From Eledone cirrhosa (Eukaryota): a stretch of DNA of 64,000 bases. The position numbers and the translations under genes were made by a program. The notes beneath the pieces are model-generated. The model was given only the letters and a program-made list of their open reading frames with translations, did not search any database and had not been told where the DNA came from. Positions 57,277 through 64,000 of the stretch are shown one piece after another. The stretch spans positions 177,754,001 to 177,818,000 of the forward strand of contig OZ024742.1 in the NCBI GenBank assembly GCA_964016885.1. The letters are read 5' to 3'. Each line of letters begins with the position of its first letter. Within the stretch, counting starts at the first letter, position 1.

Positions 57277-58011
57277 TATACGTATGCACGCTACACTTAA
57301 ATTATAAAAAGAAAAAAAATATATAAACATGAACATATTAGATGAAAAATTTCTATCATTAAACGAAATGGAAGTTTTAACTTGTGAAATATTAACAGAA
57401 ATTTCCTACAAATTAAAAAATAAATATATTAATAAATAAATAAATATTTTCAAAAAAATAAATAAAATAATTAAAAAATAAAGATATAAAAAAGCGAAAT
57501 ATTAAAAAATATTAGTGAAAATTTTTTCGTTAATTTCTATATTCGTTTTAATATTGCATTTAATTGAAACGTATTAAATACAAATGTTTGTTGAAGAATT
57601 TCTAGGTTGCCAAAAATGGTTTATTTCTAGTAATTAACTGAAATCAAATTAAGCACATGGTATCGACATTTAAAGAACTAATTGGCAGAAATGGAAATAA
57701 CTGAATATAATGTAGAATTATCAGCAAGTTTTCTCTTTGATATTGGCACAAGTTATTGGATAGCATTGAGAGAATTGGTACCGATGCTGGTTGTGTTAGT
57801 GATGATGATGGACAAGGAAGAAAAAAATACATTTTTATTGTTTGATGTTTCTGCCAAGCTGGTATGTGCTGCTGATGTTGATGATAAAGGTGATGATAGT
57901 GACGCAGTGTATATGTTTTTGCCTATGAATCTAGATGTAATCGCGCAAGCATGTGGATATGCAAGCATACATTATATATATATATATACATACACAAACA
58001 TACTCGTATAT

Positions 58012-58098
<87 letters not shown>

Positions 58099-58763
58099 CA
58101 TATATATATGTATATATATATATGTATATATATATATGTATTTATTTATTTATATATCAAACGTATTAAAAATGGCCCATTTCCCAAACTCCTGATGCTC
58201 TTTTTAAAAGAAATGTTATGTTTTATTAAAATCAAGTCATTTATTGTAATATTTTGTTTTAACTAGTCCTCATGTTTATATGTCCACGAGTTAGTAACTA
58301 ATGTGAATAATATCTTTCTAGTATGTTGCACATCGGAAAAGCAGAGATTGTATACGTCGTGGCTTAACAACCTATCATTGGCTGGTTCATGCTGTTACTC
58401 TCAGCCACTAAATGTATGCATTATACGAATTTTCATTGATTTCCACGATGATTATTCCAGATATAAAGTACGATCAACAGAATTGTCTACTCTTGAATTG
58501 CATAGGGAAATGGCTGAGTGTTACACGAACACGGATACAATTAACTTACTTCTGAGAGATACTCGGCCTGAGAGCATGAGATGCCTGATGCTGAATTACA
58601 GGTACATTTTTGTCAGCTAACTGGTTCGGAGAATCGAACTCACAACCACTAGCCACTAAACTACACACATTCACATGTACACGCGTACATATTTTGTCAT
58701 TGATTTGAACTTTAAAACCATTCTTTTACAGAAACATGTCTCTTATTTTTATATTCCTATCCT

Positions 58764-58848
58764 ACATAGCCAAGGAAACATACCTTATCAGTTGAATTTT
58801 CCTTGGGTAGGAAAATTCAACTGATAAGGTATGTTTCCTTGGCTATGT
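58764..58848. repeat. Perfect hairpin, 40-bp arms and 5-nt loop
   Basis: 58764-58803 is the reverse complement of 58809-58848. Confidence 0.92.
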
Positions 58849-58871
58849 CAAAATTTATAAAACACACTTTG

Positions 58872-58933
58872 TATTTTATCTGATGAAAGCGTGCCAAAGT
58901 TTTTGGTACCCTTGAAATATATATAATAGAATA
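58872..58933 (+). ncRNA. Type I hammerhead motif (family A)
   Basis: tattttat-CTGATGA-aagc-gtgccaa/ttggtac-cctt-GAAA-tatata-TA-atagaata. Confidence 0.7.
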
Positions 58934-59079
58934 AATATGGTTTTATAAATATAGTTTCGATTCATTTAATATCATTGTATATATATATAGATATGTAAAA
59001 GGTAAACAGAAATCACAACACAATCGGTACAGTATATGGAAGGGATATATTAGGTTAACGCTTATATAGCAGGAAGAGG

Positions 59080-59117
59080 ATTTTAGCGTTTCGGATGCTA
59101 ATCCTTCATCAGAAGAA
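59080..59117 (-). ncRNA. Degenerate minimal hammerhead (family G)
   Basis: ttctt-CTGATGA-a-ggat-tagc-atcc-GAAA-CG-CT. U16.1 is mutated here. The related copy at ~2200 reads GAAATGTT-aagaa, implying a consensus GAAACGTT-aagaa. Confidence 0.55.
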
Positions 59118-59599
59118 AGAATGAGAAATAAGATAGATTGAGGGGACGGGCGGGTTGGAATTGGAAAAAATGTCTTTAGATAAAAATAACAGGTCCATTC
59201 ATGTTGACATTTATGTTACGTTGTTTACCAATGGGCGTAACTGGTGATTCCAGCTAGTAAACGATGGTGCAATATATTAGAACACTCGACGTTATGCAGA
59301 TCATCCATATGTAGTTTTCAGAGATTCTGGAGTCTTTCAAAGACATTTTAATGCTATAACTAAGTATGTGTTATGTTTTGTTTGTTATTCTCTGATGCTT
59401 GAAAATAATATTATTGTCAATGTAATGGCTTGGCTTCCTGTCACAAGAGAATAGGTTTGTGATAGTTATCTGATCTTTTAAACGTACTAATTTCTTGTTA
59501 GAACCTCGTTTTTTCATGCATTTCCATAATGATTGTGAATAATCTTTAATTCTATGAATGGTATATCATTTAGTAAGTGGTCTGTAATTCTATTAATAA

Positions 59600-59895
59600 T
59601 GTGTAATATTGTGAAATGTGTGTAATTTTATGAATTAAGTTTTATGAATAACGTGTAATTTCATGAATGATGTGTAATTTCATGATAGGTGTGTAATTTT
59701 ATGAATAACGTGTAATTTCATGAATGGTGTGTAATTTCATGATTGGTGTGTACTTTTATGAATGGTGTGTATTTTTCTGAATAAAGTGTAGTTTTATTAA
59801 TTGTGTGTACTTTTGTGAATACTGTGTAATTTTATGAATTGTTCGTAGTTCTATGAATGGTGTATTGTTTTGTGAGAGGTGTGTAATTTCGTAAA
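59600..59895. repeat. 19-bp minisatellite, about 15 degenerate copies
   Basis: gtgtaattt(c/t)atgaatggt repeated in tandem. Confidence 0.85.
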
Positions 59896-61193
59896 TGACA
59901 TGTGATCACTAAGGGAATGTCTAAATTTCAATTTTTTCGTAAATTTAAGTTTTTCTGATGTTCTTGAAAATCATAACATTCATAAAGAAATGAAAAAATA
60001 TCAGATACTTCAGATAAGGTGACAAATATTTACTTCAATTAATTGTTGCTGTCAATTATTACACCAAAATTGGATTAGAAAAATAATAAAGAGCCTGATT
60101 GAATAGAAGTACGCCCATACTCTTTAAAACATTACAAATGGCAATGAAGAAAAATGTGTTAACAAGGAAAAAATGCAAACTAGAAACAAATTCTAATTTA
60201 AAGTTCTCTAACAAATAATATGACCATTGATATCAAATTGAAAAAGAGTTTCATTATGAGTTAGTTTGTCCTCGTTTTAATATATTCAAGAATCTTGGTG
60301 GAGTTCTTAATTAATTCCTTATATATAGGGAGAGAGATTGATACATATATAGATGTGTGTACGTGTGTGTGTGTGTATGTGTGTGTGTCTGTGTCTGTGT
60401 ATATGTGTCTGTGTGTTGTATGTATGTATGTGTGTATGTGTGTATGGGGGAGGGGGTGCGTATGCATGTGTGTGTGTGTGTGTGTAAATAAGACTGTTTA
60501 TTGCTTCAACACGTAAACAAAACACTCAGAAAACACTGTAAACCAACCGCTACCCGCCCTTCGCTCATAATTCCGAGTAACCACGACCTTCATTCCCGAT
60601 TTAGCAAACCGATCATGGATCGTAACAGCCACAAAATGGTGAAGACAGACCTTATTAAACGGCAGTCGTTATATTATGCAGTCTCTGTATAATAAAACAA
60701 TTATCTGCAGCGATTACAAGTTTGGCTATAACGATAGTTGTTTGTCTCCAATGTTTTATGCATCAATCTATTGACTAACATATTTTATGTATCCACATAT
60801 TGACTGCCGTAGCACTAGATTTAAGGACATTACTCTGACTTGTTTCACACAGTGAGGTACCGATAACAATATTCTCCGCGATATCGTTGCAATTAACATC
60901 GTCAAAATGTTATACAGTTCTGTTTTGGTGTCAGTACAAACGGTAGATGTAAGGGAATTTCAACATTAGTGGAACAGGAATCCTACTATCAATGAAACAA
61001 GACAAAAGCTGAAATCCTAGGAGTTGTTAACAGAGAATTCTATACAATGAGTGAATTAATCCGAGCAGATACAATTATTGGTTAAAATGTTGGCGCAGAT
61101 ATACACAGATGAATATAAGTATGTGAGGATATGCCTTCTCTTCACACATATAAGATATGGAGGTCATGTTTCTCTCCCTCCCCCTCTCTCTCC

Positions 61194-61239
<46 letters not shown>

Positions 61240-61291
61240 TTTCTGAATTTGTTTAGCAAGATTCTTTATCTGAAATCGTGTGTTGAAACCG

Positions 61292-61828
61292 ATATTGTTA
61301 TACTTTGGGAGGGTCATGTTGCCAATAAGAAACACACGCACCAGTTGCTTTCACTTCAATTTAATTTAATATATATTTATAAATTTACAAATTTATAAAT
61401 TTCTGGTTGGTTGGTTGGTTCCACAACCAGATAGTTGTTTATATATATATATAGTCATAGTTCTTTCGTCACACACTCTGTGACCTCTTCAGTGACTGGG
61501 GATTTCTTTCTTCGTTTCTGTGCCTTTCCTTTCTTCTATCCTACGCCATTTTGTTTGTGTGTGACACACACAAACAAAATGGCGTAGGATAGAAGAAAGG
61601 AAAGGCACAGAAACGAAGAAAGAAATCCCCAGTCACTGAAGAGGTCACAGAGTGTGTGACGAAAGAACTATGACTATATATATATATAAACAACTATCTG
61701 GTTGTGGAACCAACCAACCAACCAGAAATTTATAAATTTGTAAATTTATAAATATATATTAAATTAAATTGAAGTGAAAGCAACTGGTGCGTGTGTTTCT
61801 TATTGGCAACATGACCCTCCCAAAGTAT

Positions 61829-61836
<8 letters not shown>
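61292..61836. repeat. Apparently perfect palindrome, 272-bp arms and 1-nt centre (61564), with one HHR per arm (family H)
   Basis: Symmetric about 61564. HHR agtca-CTGAAGA-g-gtcaca/tgtgac-GAAA-gaac-TA-tgact at 61631-61675 (+) and 61453-61497 (-). Confidence 0.92.
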
Positions 61837-61864
<28 letters not shown>

Positions 61865-61866
<2 letters not shown>

Positions 61867-62106
61867 AAGGCGGGTAAAATTCCCGAGATCCATGGACGAG
61901 TTCTCTCCAGCGGTCTCTGTCCCTCATTATCGCTGCCATGTCCTGCGTCTCCAACAGACCATTGTCTGTCCTTAGGGTATCAACATACGTTAACCTTGGT
62001 ATTCCTCTTCTAGTGTGTCCATGTAGGGGCTCCCAAAGGAGCACTGAGTGCAATGTCAACTCTGGATGTCGGTGAGCATGTCCAGCTAACCTCAGTCTCC
62101 TCTGTA
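61865..62106 (-). mobile_element. RTE-like LINE 3' end
   Basis: QRRLRLAGHAHRHPE..VLLWEP..RGIPRLTYVDTL..DRDRWRE. Confidence 0.85.
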
Positions 62107-62136
62107 TGTTCTTTCTTGAACATGGCGGACCGCTGA

Positions 62137-62176
<40 letters not shown>

Positions 62177-62668
62177 CATTTATGGATGGAACAGGTTATT
62201 CTAGTTAGTGAATCATGGTGCCATAAATTAGACCACTCGCCGTTATGCAGATCATCCATTGTAGACGTGGTAACCAGTCATTGATGCCTGGACGGAGTGG
62301 AATATTCATTAAAAAAAAAGAGGCCTGTCTGGAAACTTTATAATTTTAATCCCGCGAAAACACTATACATATTACAGTGTTCCAGCTTCATCATCCGAAT
62401 GTGATGCAAGACCCAGGTGATTTCATCAGGTGTTATTTGCAGAATTAGTTATATAGAAATTGGCAGGCCATGCTAGAATGAAAATCGTTTCTATATTTTC
62501 TATTTTCTATTCTCTGTATTCACAAACTATCTGTTCTTATATATAACTAATTCTGAAATTAGCACCTGATAAAATCGCCTAGGTCTTGCATTATATTCGG
62601 ATGATGAAGGAGGACCATTGAAATACCTATAGTTTCCAGTCCGGCCTTCTCTTGTTATTTTTAATATA

Positions 62669-62890
62669 TTATTATTATTATTATTATTTGCATTCATCTT
62701 GCTTTATGTTTATACGAGTTATCACCAAGTCACAACCAGTGACCTCAAGAGACAACAAGGTCCGCCATGTTCAAGAAAGAACACACATATTCACACATGC
62801 ATCCTTAGTGTTTAGACTTGTGATGTACTTATATTGACAGGATCTTCCTTAGTATATGGGCAGTTCCCATTAGTACTATCTTTTGTATTT
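62669..62890 (-). mobile_element. Short 5'-truncated copy of the adjacent R4/Dong-like element
   Basis: Near-identical to 62891-63108 and ends in its own (TAA)n. Confidence 0.88.
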
Positions 62891-63047
62891 TTATTATTAT
62901 TATTATTTGCATTTATCTTGCTTTATGTTTATACGAGTTATCACCAAGTCACAACCAGTGACCTCAAGAGACAACAAGGTCCGCCATGTTCAAGAAAGAA
63001 CACACATATTCACACATACATCCTTAGTGTTTAGACTTGTGATGTAC

Positions 63048-64000
63048 TTATATTGACAGGATCTTCCTTAGTATATGGGCAGTTCCCATTAGTACTATCT
63101 TTTGTATTTCTCCTATACGCGGGTTTCCTGGGATTTGCGATAAGTAGTCGTTAGACCCCTTAGGTATCATTCCCAGAGCGCCTACAACCACTGGTATTGT
63201 TTTAGTTCTCAATTTCCACATTTTTCCAATTTCTATCTCCAGGTCCTTATACTTGCTCAATTTTTCAAATGTTTTTATAGATACATTCTTGTCTATTGGA
63301 ACAGACATATCAATTAGCAGGCATACCCTCCTTTGAAAGTCCTTCAATATTATATCAGGTCTATTTGCATCTATTTTTCGGTCTGTTTGGATGCTAAAGT
63401 TCCACAAGATTGAGATGTGATCTTTTTCAAGTATGGGAGGTGGTTGATGCTCCCACCAATTCTTTTGATGGGGCAGGTCAAAATGCTTACACATTATCCA
63501 ATGTATGTATTGTGCAGCTCTGTCATGCCTGTTTAGGTATTCGGTTGGAGCTATAGGACTGCACATTGAAATTATATGGTCAATGGTCTCTGGTTGTTTT
63601 TTGCATACACGGCATAATGGGCTGCACCCATTTTTTATTATGTTGGCTTGGTAATTTTTTGTTGGCAGACACTGATCTTGTGCGGATATAATCAGTCCTT
63701 CAGTCTCCGATTTCAGTCCAGAGGATGCCAACCACTGATGGGTTAAAGTTTTGTCAACATCAGGATTGTTAGCTCGCTCTGGGTATTTTCCATACAGAGG
63801 CTTTTCTTGCCATTTCTTAGCCAGTTTCTGTAGCAGTTCTTTCTTTGCAGTTACTTTTACCTGCTTTGCTTTTTCTGTGTTTTCCATTTCAGCAGTAAAT
63901 GGGACTTCTGAAATTTGTAGTCCATTACTGTATCTTTGTGCATCTTTTGTAATGGAATATGATCTTTTGGTGCTTTCGTGTTTCAAAACGAGTTTGATCA
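63048..64000 (-). CDS. C-terminus of a non-LTR retrotransposon ORF with CCHC finger and restriction-like endonuclease (R4/Dong-like), running off the window
   Basis: ETEGLIISAQDQ, CRVCKKQPETIDHIISMC, YLNRHD, RPDIILKD..LIDMSVP..EKLSKY, IPVVVGALG. The 3' UTR ends in (TAA)n at ~62891. Confidence 0.9.
   Translation of the reverse strand, partial: IKLVLKHESTKRSYSITKDAQRYSNGLQISEVPFTAEMENTEKAKQVKVTAKKELLQKLAKKWQEKPLYGKYPERANNPDVDKTLTHQWLASSGLKSETEGLIISAQDQCLPTKNYQANIIKNGCSPLCRVCKKQPETIDHIISMCSPIAPTEYLNRHDRAAQYIHWIMCKHFDLPHQKNWWEHQPPPILEKDHISILWNFSIQTDRKIDANRPDIILKDFQRRVCLLIDMSVPIDKNVSIKTFEKLSKYKDLEIEIGKMWKLRTKTIPVVVGALGMIPKGSNDYLSQIPGNPRIGEIQKIVLMGTAHILRKILSI

Noticed and set aside
57682-58266. 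194-aa ORF as a host exon
   Set aside because: No recognisable domain, and the second half is microsatellite.

Overview
AT-rich animal genomic DNA with no recognisable host protein-coding gene. The dominant tRNA-derived SINE resembles octopus SINEs, so an octopod cephalopod is inferred but not verified. The window is a mosaic of (TA)n/(CA)n microsatellites and transposon remains: several Penelope-like elements (PLEs, RT plus GIY-YIG), Tx1-like, RTE and R4/Dong-like LINE pieces, a Tc1/mariner fragment, a Chapaev3-like DNA transposon, SINEs and an intron-containing tRNA-Tyr pseudogene. Most listed ORFs are microsatellite artefacts. The structure the ORF track misses is RNA-level. By eye I find about 23 type I hammerhead ribozyme (HHR) motifs in about 8 sequence families. 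They include (i) a non-coding 422-bp x 5.5 tandem array with one HHR per unit (retrozyme-like, predicted to yield circular RNA) plus an older copy with pairing-preserving changes; (ii) two unrelated families with the rare U3-A8 core in place of C3-G8; and (iii) repeated fold-back insertions in (TA)n whose two outer ends both lie downstream of the HHR cleavage site, including a 2.5-kb-arm inverted repeat and an apparently perfect 545-bp palindrome. All structures were read by hand. Nothing was folded, aligned or searched computationally.
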